Part shown: one piece after another, positions 17,911-27,266 of the stretch | Layout: each line of letters begins with the position of its first letter | Numbering within the stretch: position 1 is the stretch's first letter | Assembly: GCA_050633305.1 (NCBI GenBank) | Contig: JBOEGF010000010.1 | Span: forward strand, 320,001 to 384,000 | Source of the DNA: Nannocystales bacterium | GTDB taxonomy: Bacteria > Myxococcota_A > Polyangia > Nannocystales > Nannocystaceae | Length of the DNA stretch: 64,000 nt | Reading direction: 5' to 3' | Translations under genes and position numbers: made by a program | The notes under the pieces: model-generated | Told to the model about the DNA's origin: nothing | Seen by the model: the letters and a program-made list of their open reading frames with translations, nothing else | The model's database searches: none

Positions 17911-19640
17911 TGGACGTCGCGGCATACTTGGAACTCAAGCCTGCACCCGCGATCCTGCTCGAGCGGGCGGAGACCCGCGGGGCGCAGCCTCGGTACATGC
18001 TGCCCACCGACGATGGTGGCTGGAAACCGCGGACGTGGGCCGAGCACGCGACGGCGGTTCGCGACGTCGCCGCGGCACTGGTCGAGCGTGGGTTGCATGG
18101 CACGGAGCGTGTGGCGATCTTTGCCGGGAACAGCACCGCATGGATCGAGTCCGCGCTTGGAGCCCAGGCGGCTGGTCTTGTCGTGGTCCCGATCTACCCG
18201 GCATCGACGGCGGAGCAGGCCAGCTACGTGCTCGAACACAGCGACGCGCGCGCCTTGTTCGTCGGAGGGGAGTCGCTCGTTCGCCGTGCGCTGAGAGCTT
18301 GGGAAAGCCTGGATGCTGTCGGTACGGTTGTGGTCCTCGATGACACATCCGTCACCGAGGTGCTCGATGGGATGCGAGATGAGGGAGATCGGGTCCCGTC
18401 GTCGGATTGGGTGCAGCGGAGGTTCGTCCATGTCAGCCAGCTTCGCGAGCAGGGCCGAGCAGCCCGCGTCGCCCATCCCACCCTCGTCGAGGAGCGCTTG
18501 GCGGACATCCGCATGGAAGACCCGGCGCTGATGCTCTACACCAGCGGTACGACGGGTCGCCCCAAGGGCGTGCCGCTCTCGCATCAGAACATCGGGGTCA
18601 ATGCCCGGGACTGGGTCGTCAACAACGGGCCCGCGCTTCCTGAAGATGGAGTGGATGTGCTGTGGCTCCCCATGAGCCACATCTTCGGGTTCGGTGAGGC
18701 GTGTCTGGGGAACAACCTCGGTTTCACGTCCTACCTCTGCAACCCCAAGCAGGTGATGGATGTTCTCCCGACGGTCCGGCCGAATGTCTTCATGAGCGTG
18801 CCCGCCTACTGGGAGAAACTCGCTGGTTCGTCTATCGGGATCGAGGACGACGCGGCGGCCAAACAGGCGTTGAGCGAGGCCACGGGCGGTCGCCTTCGCT
18901 TCTGTCTTTCTGGGGGCGCCGGTCTCAGCATTCCCGTCAAGGAGCACTACAAGCGCTGCGGAGTGCTCATCATCGAGGGCTACGGGCTCACGGAGTGCTC
19001 ACCAACCCTCACGCTCAACCGTCCCGCCGACTATCGTTTCGACTCGGTGGGGAAGCCGCTGCCTTCCGTTGAACTCGAACTCGCCCCCGATGGAGAGATC
19101 TTGGCCCGGGGCCCGAGCGTGTTTGGTGGCTACCACAAGGACCCGGGCGCGACGGCGGCCGCATTCGACGACAACGGCTGGTTCAAGACCGGTGACATTG
19201 GACGTTGGACGGAAGACGGCTTCTTACAGATCGTCGACCGCAAGAAGGAAATCCTGGTCACGGCAGGTGGAAAAAACGTGCCTCCTGCCAACATCGAGCG
19301 CTTGTTCGCGAGCGATCCGCTCTTCGCCCATGTGGTCGTCTATGGCGATGGCCGGAAGTACCTCGTTGCAGGTGTGTGGCTCGACACCGAAGTGCTCGCC
19401 GAACGTCTCGCCGCGATGGCAGCGGCGCCCGACGACGCCGCAGCTCGAGAATCGCTGGTGCAGGCCGCAGTGGACGCGGCCAACGCGAAACTGGCCCGCT
19501 TCGAACAGATCAAGCGCTTCCGAGTCATGGAGCGCCCGCTGAGCGTCGAGGAGGGGCTGCTCACCAGCACCCTCAAGATCCGTCGCAAGCACATCTACAA
19601 GGCGTTCTCCGGCGCCTTTGAGGGGCTCTACGCGTCATGA
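17910..19640 (+). CDS. Long-chain fatty acid-CoA ligase (AMP-binding family)
   Basis: YTSGTTGRPKG, EGYGLTE, GWFKTGDIG, DRKKEILVTAGGKNV and LTSTLKIRR. TGATG coupling to the upstream gene. Confidence 0.93.
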   Translation: MDVAAYLELKPAPAILLERAETRGAQPRYMLPTDDGGWKPRTWAEHATAVRDVAAALVERGLHGTERVAIFAGNSTAWIESALGAQAAGLVVVPIYPASTAEQASYVLEHSDARALFVGGESLVRRALRAWESLDAVGTVVVLDDTSVTEVLDGMRDEGDRVPSSDWVQRRFVHVSQLREQGRAARVAHPTLVEERLADIRMEDPALMLYTSGTTGRPKGVPLSHQNIGVNARDWVVNNGPALPEDGVDVLWLPMSHIFGFGEACLGNNLGFTSYLCNPKQVMDVLPTVRPNVFMSVPAYWEKLAGSSIGIEDDAAAKQALSEATGGRLRFCLSGGAGLSIPVKEHYKRCGVLIIEGYGLTECSPTLTLNRPADYRFDSVGKPLPSVELELAPDGEILARGPSVFGGYHKDPGATAAAFDDNGWFKTGDIGRWTEDGFLQIVDRKKEILVTAGGKNVPPANIERLFASDPLFAHVVVYGDGRKYLVAGVWLDTEVLAERLAAMAAAPDDAAARESLVQAAVDAANAKLARFEQIKRFRVMERPLSVEEGLLTSTLKIRRKHIYKAFSGAFEGLYAS

Positions 19641-20695
19641 TGAAGGGCGTCTTCAACTTGGCGCGGCGGGCCAAACACGGGCTGCCCGACGTCGGTCAAA
19701 CTCCAGCGGATGTCGTGCACGCGGAGAACAAGTGGTCGTTGCTTCGCTACCGCCCTGGGCCCGACGGGCTCGCGCCCGGCCGCCCCATCGTGTTGGTACC
19801 CTCGCTCATCAATCGGCACTACGTGCTCGACTTGATGCCCTCGAAGAGCTTTGTCGAGTTCCTCGTCGATCAAGGCCGGGACGTCTACATCATCGACTGG
19901 GGGACGCCGACCGCCGAGGACCGGTTCGTCACCTTCGACGACATCGCAGACCGAATCCTGCACCGCGCGTTTCGTGTTGCGGCGAAACTCTCCGGGAGCC
20001 CCGATGTCCACGTGTTGGGGTACTGCCTCGGGGGCACCCTCACTGCGATTCACGCTGCGGTCCGGCCGGCGCGCGTCGCCACCCTCACCGTGTTGGCTGC
20101 CCCCGTCGATTTCCACGACGACGGCCCGTTGTCGCAGTGGACCAACACGAAGAGCTTCGATCTCGATGCGCTGGTGTCCGCGACCGGGCTCGTGCCGTGG
20201 CCGCTCATGCAGGCAGCCTTCTACTTGCTTCGGCCGACGATGATCCTGTCCAAGGGAGTCACGCTTGCTGATCGGGCATGGAACGACGAATTTCTCGACG
20301 GGTTCCTGGCGATTGAGCGATGGGGGAACGACAACGTTTCGTTTCCAGGCGAGTGCTACAAGCGCTACATCGGTCGGCTCTACCGGGACAACGCGCTGAT
20401 CCGTGATGCGTTCTCACTCAGCGGCGAGCGTGTTTCGTTGTCCAACATCATGTGCCCCGTCCATGCCGTCACGTTCGGCCACGACAACATCGTCCCCTGG
20501 CGGAGCGCTGCCAAACTCGTGGACGTTGTGGGGACGCAGGACAAGAAGCACTTGCACCTTCCCGGGGGCCATGTGGGGGCCGTGGTATCCAAGAAGGCCC
20601 GGCACAAGCTGTGGCCCGAGCTACTGGGGTGGTGGGAGGAGAGAGACGGTGGCCCCGCAGTGCGCTCGGTCTCGGTTGACGCCGCTGGGAGCTGA
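19637..20695 (+). CDS. phaC: PHA synthase catalytic subunit, class III/IV size (352 aa)
   Basis: GQTPADVV, VPSLINRHYVLDL, IDWG, Cys lipase box GYCLGG, PVDF, Asp in HDNIVP and His in GGHVG. Confidence 0.88.
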   Translation: MMKGVFNLARRAKHGLPDVGQTPADVVHAENKWSLLRYRPGPDGLAPGRPIVLVPSLINRHYVLDLMPSKSFVEFLVDQGRDVYIIDWGTPTAEDRFVTFDDIADRILHRAFRVAAKLSGSPDVHVLGYCLGGTLTAIHAAVRPARVATLTVLAAPVDFHDDGPLSQWTNTKSFDLDALVSATGLVPWPLMQAAFYLLRPTMILSKGVTLADRAWNDEFLDGFLAIERWGNDNVSFPGECYKRYIGRLYRDNALIRDAFSLSGERVSLSNIMCPVHAVTFGHDNIVPWRSAAKLVDVVGTQDKKHLHLPGGHVGAVVSKKARHKLWPELLGWWEERDGGPAVRSVSVDAAGS

Positions 20696-20720
20696 GATCG
20701 AGGCAGGGTAGTCTCCGCTG

Positions 20721-21755
20721 ATGCGGCACAGTGCGTTCGGCATCTCGGTAGCGTTGGGCATGCTCCTCGCGTGCGACGGCGGAGACAAGCAGGCTCCAGC
20801 GAAGCCGACGGTGAAACCCGCCAAGGCTGTGGAGTCCAAAGCGGGGAGCCACGAGGAGCCCACGGCCGCAGCCGAGCCGGTGGTCAAGGTCATCCGGCCA
20901 CAGGACGAGCAGCCGAACGCCGCGGATGCACCCCCTTCAGAAAAACTCGCGGACTTGGTCGCAGCGGAACCCGGTCAAGCCTACGGCCAGGTCCTCGTGC
21001 AAGCCCGCTCCGAAGAAAACCACATCGCGGAGCTGACGGTCGTCCGGGCCGAAGGTGTCAAAGCCCGGAGCGGCTCGGTGCGCTATACGGCCGAGCCACG
21101 TGTGGTCGTGGCGAAGGCCAAGACGATCGTGCACGAGGCGAACCTTCTGGGCACCGGGATCTCGATCGACATCGATGGTGACGGAAAGACGAACGCCAAG
21201 ATCCCGACGAAATGCGACGGTGGTGCGGCCGTCCTCGAAACCCAACCTCCACTTCGCCTCGAACCTGTGACGGAGCTATCGGATGCGGTCGCACGCTTTG
21301 ACTATGGCAAAGCCGATGCCCATGTTCTTGCAAACGAGGGGGCCGGCGCACTGCTGTACGCCCCGTGCGACAAGCAGACCCTCATCCTCGGCCTCGATCC
21401 GTCAGGCCCGCTGAAGATGCATGAGGTCCCCAGTCCCGCGGCATTCGTCGTGTACCGGGTGGCGGTTGAGTCTGCCGAGACCGAGGACCCCTTCACGTTG
21501 CAGAAGGTCAACAGCGGCGAAACGGAGGTTGAACACGACCTGTACTCGTTCCGAGAGGTCTCGGTCGAAGCGGACGAGGTCAAGGTCTACGCAGCCCATC
21601 TCGTCGTGTTCGCGCTCGACCCCGAACCCGCGCTGCAGCATGTGACGCTGGAGATCGCCGGGGAGAAGCCAGAGTTCATCACCGCTTCGGTCAACGAAGT
21701 CGACGGCGATGGCCAGCGTATTCGGTACGCCGACGGCTTCAAGCCGTTCCGCTGA
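20721..21755 (+). CDS. Hypothetical lipoprotein
   Basis: Lipobox MLLA-C, Lys/Pro/Ala linker and a beta-rich body. Confidence 0.75.
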   Translation: MRHSAFGISVALGMLLACDGGDKQAPAKPTVKPAKAVESKAGSHEEPTAAAEPVVKVIRPQDEQPNAADAPPSEKLADLVAAEPGQAYGQVLVQARSEENHIAELTVVRAEGVKARSGSVRYTAEPRVVVAKAKTIVHEANLLGTGISIDIDGDGKTNAKIPTKCDGGAAVLETQPPLRLEPVTELSDAVARFDYGKADAHVLANEGAGALLYAPCDKQTLILGLDPSGPLKMHEVPSPAAFVVYRVAVESAETEDPFTLQKVNSGETEVEHDLYSFREVSVEADEVKVYAAHLVVFALDPEPALQHVTLEIAGEKPEFITASVNEVDGDGQRIRYADGFKPFR

Positions 21756-21834
21756 GAGACCGGCCTTCGGGTCCCCGCGCAGCTCCAGCCCGCGCAGACG
21801 TGACAACGAAGGCGCAGTAGCCTACCTACAGAGG

Positions 21835-22344
21835 GTGAAGGTTCTCGGACGGTTGCTGGTCGCCCTTGCTCTCGTTGTCGCGTGTTCCGCGGGAGGGCCC
21901 CGTCTGGCGGAGGGCGCCCAAGCTCCTGCGCTGAAGGCACAGGCTCACGACGGTACCGCGGTCGACCTCTCGAAGCTCGATGGCAACCCCACCCTCGTTT
22001 TCTTCTATCCGAAAGACGGAACGCCGGGGTGCACGAAGGAAGCCTGCGCGTTTCGAGACGTGTGGGACGACTACCAGGCCGCGGGCGTGACCATTGTCGG
22101 GGTCTCCGCGGACTCTGCGGAGTCCCACAAGTCCTTCGCCGCCGAACATGGGCTGCCGTTTCCGCTGGTCGCCGATGAGGAAGGGACTTGGGCGAAGGCG
22201 TTCGGTGTTGACACCACGTTGGGTATGACGAGCCGCGAGAGCTTCTTGATCGGTCCGGGAGGAACCGTCGCAAAGGTCTATCCAGGCGTGGATCCCGGGG
22301 TGCACGCCGCCGAAGTCCTCAACGATGCGCGCTCTCTGCAATGA
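21835..22344 (+). CDS. bcp: Peroxiredoxin BCP/PrxQ with a lipoprotein signal
   Basis: FYPKDGTPGCTKEAC, GVSAD and LPFPL; N-terminus MKVLGRLLVALALVVA-C. Confidence 0.88.
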   Translation: MKVLGRLLVALALVVACSAGGPRLAEGAQAPALKAQAHDGTAVDLSKLDGNPTLVFFYPKDGTPGCTKEACAFRDVWDDYQAAGVTIVGVSADSAESHKSFAAEHGLPFPLVADEEGTWAKAFGVDTTLGMTSRESFLIGPGGTVAKVYPGVDPGVHAAEVLNDARSLQ

Positions 22345-22747
22345 GCGATCGCTTGCTCGTGACTTTGAGCGGAGGTCATTCTCACTGTGCAATCCGGGGT
22401 CCAGGGCCACCTCGCGGGGCCTGGTGCGTCCCAGCGGAAAGAGAACGAGCCGCACACCAAGGGGCATAGGCGCGAGGGCAACGTCTGTGGGCCTCGCCGG
22501 GAGTTACTGGACGGATCTTCAATCGGCTACCCGATGGATCCGGGGGAGACGGACCACGACCTGGGGGGAAGCCGACCACGGTCTGTGCCCCTAAGGGACG
22601 GGCCGATGCGTGGGGCGATTCGCTACGCCGCCCGGTCTCGACTGTTCCAATGTGAGTCGCCTTTGGAGTGGTCCGTTCGCGCTCGCGGCCGCCGCAATCG
22701 CGCGATTGTGGGCTGCGCCCGATTGGTCCAAAATCTCGACGTCTCTA

Positions 22748-23770
22748 ATGACCGACCGCTCGACGAAGCACCCATCGGAGGTTGACGACCTTCTGGCGCC
22801 GCCGCCGTTCGGAGTTGCTGAAACCACCGGGGACCAGCTGCTTCCGATCGCGACCTCGATGGAGCAAGTGCTCGATGAGGATCAGGGTTCTCTCGCCGAG
22901 CCCGAACCACAACGCGAGCCGATCACCACGGCGGCTCCGGAGCCGAAAGCGCCGCCGAGTCAGCCGACTCCGCTCGCGCCGGCGGCCGCGATCGCAGCCG
23001 CATCCACCGAACCGCCGGCTGGTTCGGGCCGCACTTTGATGGTCGCCGCCGTCGCCGTTCTCTTGCTCGGAGCGGCCGTGTTCGCCTGGATGCGCGGCGG
23101 TGGCGACGTCGTTCAGCCGCACTCCGATGCACCCAGGGCGGGCGCCGTGGCTTCGGCCGCAGATGGCACCCCAGACACCATTCCAGCGCACCCTGTGGGG
23201 GATTCGGCGGGCGACGCTGGTGCCGCTGACCCTCCTCCTTCTGCGCCGGCGGTAGCCCCTTTGCCGACCGAGCTCGACGAGCTCCGGAAGCTCTCCTTCG
23301 AGGCTCGTCATGCGGGGTTGGCAAGTGCGCCGGGGGACGTTCCGGTCGAACTGCATGTCGGCCTCGATCTGGTTCAGGCGCAACAGAGTGAAGAACCGTG
23401 TCGAACCTTTTCGGACGCGCTGTCGATCATTGAGTCGAGTGAGGATCCCGAGGCGTTCAAGTGGGCGCTCGACGAAGCGAGCATTCCGACGGACGACGTT
23501 GCTCCGAGCTGCGGGGGTCTGGCGAAACGGCTGGCTGCGGCACGAGGTGCGAGCGGCGAAGTCGACAAGCCTCGGCCCCGTTCTCGTCCCAGTCGAAGTA
23601 AACCGCGCTCGAAGCCTCGGCCCTCGCGCCCCACTCGCGTGGCGGACTCGACTCCGCCCGCGAAGTCCGCAGACAAGGCTGAGCCTGCGAAGCCAAGTCC
23701 TCCGCCCGCGCGGGAACCACCCAGTGTTGCTACCAAGCTCGACGACGACCTCCGAGGTCTTGGAGAATGA
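22748..23770 (+). CDS. Single-pass membrane protein, kinase-less paralogue of the pseudokinase at 24703-26364
   Basis: Acidic/Pro-rich N-terminus, one TM helix, and an extracytoplasmic domain and C-terminal SVATKLDDDLR shared with 24703-26364. Confidence 0.78.
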   Translation: MTDRSTKHPSEVDDLLAPPPFGVAETTGDQLLPIATSMEQVLDEDQGSLAEPEPQREPITTAAPEPKAPPSQPTPLAPAAAIAAASTEPPAGSGRTLMVAAVAVLLLGAAVFAWMRGGGDVVQPHSDAPRAGAVASAADGTPDTIPAHPVGDSAGDAGAADPPPSAPAVAPLPTELDELRKLSFEARHAGLASAPGDVPVELHVGLDLVQAQQSEEPCRTFSDALSIIESSEDPEAFKWALDEASIPTDDVAPSCGGLAKRLAAARGASGEVDKPRPRSRPSRSKPRSKPRPSRPTRVADSTPPAKSADKAEPAKPSPPPAREPPSVATKLDDDLRGLGE

Positions 23771-24636
23771 TCATGTACGGCCAGTTCAAACAATTCTTGC
23801 TCGGTCTCACCACGGCAGCTTCGGTTGCCGGGGCGCCCCTCGTGGCCTACGCCGAGCCTCCGCCCGATCCCCCAACGAACGCTTCGGAAGGGGAACTCGA
23901 GCGCGCGAAGGAACTGTTCGAGAACGGGAAGGGCCTGTACGCAGAAGGAAGTTACAGCGCCGCGATCGCAGCGTTCCGTCAGGCCTACGCCCTCTCTGGC
24001 GACCCGGTGTTGCTCTACAACATCGCCTTGGCCCACGACCGCGGGGGTGAGTTTGACGAAGCCCTCGAGTATCTGGGCTACTACCGGGCGTACGCGCCTC
24101 AGAGCGAGCGAGATGCACTCTCCGAGAAGGAAGACAGCCTGCGGAAGCGGAAACTTCGCGCTCAGACCGAGGAGGAAACTGCAACAGCACCGGCGAACGA
24201 ACCGGCGGAGGACGACGTGGCTGAGGTGCCGCCGCCACCGAGTGCTTCGGTTTCGGATACCGGTCCCACCGATGACGTGGCGAAGCCACGGCAGAAAATC
24301 TTCACGGCTCCCGTGTGGGTCATGACCGGTGTGACGGTCGCCGCGCTCGGTGTCGGGACGGGTCTCGGGGTGACAGCACTGAGTCGCAAGGACGACGCGG
24401 ATGCGCTCTGCACCGGAGACGGAATGGGCGGAACCGTCTGCCCGGAAACATCTGAGTCCGATGCCGACTCCGGTCGCCGGATGGCTCTGGGCGCCGACGT
24501 GGCGTTCGGGATCGGAGCTGTTGCAGGGGTGGTCGCGATTGCTCTCATCGCTCGCAACGCCTCGCGTCGCAAGAAGAGTCGGACCGCGACGTTGGTGCCT
24601 CGCTCCCGTGGAGCGGGGATTCAACTCCGCTTCTAA
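23767..24636 (+). CDS. Exported TPR protein with C-terminal hydrophobic helices
   Basis: Signal peptide, TPR AKELFENGKGLY...YSAAIAAFRQAY...LLYNIALAH, two hydrophobic segments and terminal GAGIQLRF. ATGA overlap. Confidence 0.85.
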   Translation: MIMYGQFKQFLLGLTTAASVAGAPLVAYAEPPPDPPTNASEGELERAKELFENGKGLYAEGSYSAAIAAFRQAYALSGDPVLLYNIALAHDRGGEFDEALEYLGYYRAYAPQSERDALSEKEDSLRKRKLRAQTEEETATAPANEPAEDDVAEVPPPPSASVSDTGPTDDVAKPRQKIFTAPVWVMTGVTVAALGVGTGLGVTALSRKDDADALCTGDGMGGTVCPETSESDADSGRRMALGADVAFGIGAVAGVVAIALIARNASRRKKSRTATLVPRSRGAGIQLRF

Positions 24637-24654
24637 GCGACAGACCCAACGTGA

Positions 24655-24687
24655 GAGAAGCCCGGGCCGTACCGCCCGGGCTTTTTC
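24655..24687. terminator. Intrinsic terminator, probably bidirectional
   Basis: AAGCCCGGGC-CGTACC-GCCCGGGCTT followed by further T residues, between convergent genes. Confidence 0.85.
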
Positions 24688-24702
24688 GTTGCCGCCGTTT
24701 CT

Positions 24703-26364
24703 CTAGAGATCGCGCAAGTCTTCGTCGAGCTTGGTTGCAACGCTCGAAGGCTTCGAAGGCGAGGTTTTGCTTTTCTTCCTCTGTGGGCTCGCGGGAGCCG
24801 TGGTCGAGGGCGACGCCTTCGCCGCAGACGACGATGCGCGGCTGCGTCTCGAGGAACGCTTACGGTTGCTACGTCGTGTCTTCACGCCATCGGGGACAGC
24901 CTTGAACTCTTCGAATCCGTCGGAGAGGCCGATGCACGAATCGTCCGGATCGACGCCCGCTCTGGAACCAGGCGCAGAAGTCGGCACGACGACGCGGTCG
25001 ATGAGGTCCCGTTCCGCTTCGTTGTTTGGGGACCCCTCAAGTGACGCGAGCGCGGCTGCAAACGTGGCGCATGGACGGTCGGCATCGTTGGCTTGCCAGA
25101 GATCGAGCATCGAGTTCCAGCGCTCGTTGACTCGCTCGTTCACACCCTCGCGTTCGGCGAGTGCAGCGAGGAGCTTTCTCCGTTGTCGAAGCGGGAGCAC
25201 TGCACCGAGGTCGGTGCGGTTGACTTGGGAAAGCCAGACAATTGGGTTGCCCTCCGGCTTTGCGGCGGACACCGGCGTTTTCGTGGGCAGCGGCTCCGCT
25301 CCAGGGGGGGCCGGAGGGGCGCCCGCAACGGATGCTGCTGAGGGGGGGCGTACTCCATCCTGTGGGGTCGAGTTGTCGGCTCCGCCGTTGGTTGCGACGA
25401 ACACGAGGCCAGCGGCAGCAACACCGGCGAGCAGCAGCCCAAGTCCCAAGCCGCGTCGCGACTTGGGCGGTTCTTCGAAGACGGGGTCCACACCCGCCGG
25501 GCCCGTCTGGGGTCCGGGTATGCTCGCCGTAGGCTCCGGGTAGTCGCCTTCGTCCGCGGTAGGAATCTCGAACAGTCCGCTCGAGATCGCGGTGATCTCG
25601 GGGCTGGGCAGCCACTCGAGGTCAAACGGCCGCGATGCATCCTCCACGAACTCCGCAAGTCGGAAGCAGGCTTCGCTGGCGAGGGGGCGGAGCCCGGGGT
25701 CTTCAGCGAGCAGGCTCTCGATCACGTCCAGGAGCACGGGCGCGGTGTGTGGAGGAGCAAGAGCCTCCAGGACTCGCCCGGCTGAGAAAATGTCGGAGGC
25801 CTCGGTCGCGACTCCGCTGCGACGGAACTCGGGCGCGAACCAGTGGGGGTCAACGCCACTGACTGGCCCTCGCACTTGTCCAACGACACGCGCGAACGAG
25901 AAGTCCACGATCTGCAGCCGGGGGTAGCCACCTTGTTCGCCGAGCACCACGCCTTTCGGGGTGACATGACCGAGCACGATGCCTTGGTTGTGCAGGTGTT
26001 CCAGACCCCGAAGGAGCTGGAGTCCAACCTCAGCGAGTTCGCGGTCGGGAAGGGACTGACCGATCATCCCCGTAAGCGGTCCGGCGACTGCCATCTCGGT
26101 GACGGTGTAGAGGCTTTGGTCGACGAGTTGTCCGGCACCCAAGGCACTCAAGCAGTTGAGGTGGTCGACGCGTCCGAGGAGCGCGGCGACTGTGCTGAAC
26201 TGTTTGCGAGCAGCCCCCGATGCCGATGGCCCAACGATTCGAACGTCGACCTTGCTCGCATCGGAGATACGGAGACCGACGAACCGGGTCTCGTTGCCGA
26301 GATCCTCGCCGTCGTCCGTGAGCTCGTACAGCCCCTCGATGATCGTGCCCTTGCTTGCTGCCAT
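24703..26364 (-). CDS. Membrane-anchored Ser/Thr pseudokinase
   Basis: The kinase fold is recognisable (HLNCL, QLLRGLEHLHNQGIV, WFAPE, SDIFSAG), but the Gly loop, VAIK Lys, catalytic Asp and DFG are all altered. A TM helix and extracytoplasmic domain follow. Confidence 0.82.
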   Translation of the reverse strand: MAASKGTIIEGLYELTDDGEDLGNETRFVGLRISDASKVDVRIVGPSASGAARKQFSTVAALLGRVDHLNCLSALGAGQLVDQSLYTVTEMAVAGPLTGMIGQSLPDRELAEVGLQLLRGLEHLHNQGIVLGHVTPKGVVLGEQGGYPRLQIVDFSFARVVGQVRGPVSGVDPHWFAPEFRRSGVATEASDIFSAGRVLEALAPPHTAPVLLDVIESLLAEDPGLRPLASEACFRLAEFVEDASRPFDLEWLPSPEITAISSGLFEIPTADEGDYPEPTASIPGPQTGPAGVDPVFEEPPKSRRGLGLGLLLAGVAAAGLVFVATNGGADNSTPQDGVRPPSAASVAGAPPAPPGAEPLPTKTPVSAAKPEGNPIVWLSQVNRTDLGAVLPLRQRRKLLAALAEREGVNERVNERWNSMLDLWQANDADRPCATFAAALASLEGSPNNEAERDLIDRVVVPTSAPGSRAGVDPDDSCIGLSDGFEEFKAVPDGVKTRRSNRKRSSRRSRASSSAAKASPSTTAPASPQRKKSKTSPSKPSSVATKLDEDLRDL

Positions 26365-27266
26365 GTCGTTCCCTACTTTCGACTACTCGTGTGTGCGCCG
26401 GTTCTTCTCGAGAGCTTCGTGCCAGAATGCCGGGCTCTCATCGGGTGAGCGGTCCGAGCATGAGGGTCCGTCCAAGCGTACCAGAACACCATTCGAACGC
26501 TGTATTCTGGCCTTGAGTCCAACCTGGTGGGGCGTGCCAAGTGTCACTACCCCCCGCAAATCTCGCGGGTCTCCGTGCTGAGGCGAGTCGCGATCGTGCC
26601 GGAACGAGACAGCCTTCGAGGACGTCCGTTCGTACTCCGGTGACCGCAAGTGGGGCGAGATGGGGCAGTGTTTTCGTGTGCCAGGTCGCGCGCTCGGAGT
26701 TTTTCAGTCGTCCCCGGTTACAGACAATGCACGCGTTCGGGCCGCGATCACCATCGCGGTGGAGTCGGGGCCTCCCGGACACGTCCGCGCTTCGCCGAGG
26801 TGAAACCGTGGACACCACGACCCGACGCTCCCCGGGACCGACAGAGTCGCGAACTTTCGACCGATTGGAGTGTTCGCTGATGGCTCTTGGGGCAGAGCGC
26901 CGGGGTCGGCAGCACCCGAGGTTCGGGGGCACGCTGCACCGCGGATCGGACCCGGTCGGAGTCCGACGAGCGGTCACGCGATCGCTCATCATTCGTCGGG
27001 GGTGGAGGTGCGCTCTGAACATCGAGACCGTCCTCGCCATGCTCGCGAGACCGACCCGTTTTGAGGCACTCCGCCGAGTCGTCGGGGGTCTCACACACGT
27101 CCTCGAATCACTCTGCCCGACACGTATCTGTTACCATCCCGCGGGCCGCGGACGTTGTTCTGGGGCACATCTCATCGCGCTGGACCGCTCGCGCCAACCC
27201 GCCGCTCACCCCCTTTTTGGGAGGGTGCCGGCCTCAGCGTCCGACCTCAAAGGAGTTCGTCCCCCT

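Noticed and set aside
22345..22747. 400-bp intergenic region as a possible riboswitch or sRNA
   Set aside because: No recognisable conserved motif or terminator; cannot be supported without a covariance search.
26415..26685. Three TGGCAC hexamers on the minus strand upstream of the pseudokinase
   Set aside because: None has a correctly spaced TTGC -12 element.
26541..27266. 242-aa N-terminal extension of the binding-protein ORF
   Set aside because: The signal peptide, lipobox and RBS place the start at 27267.
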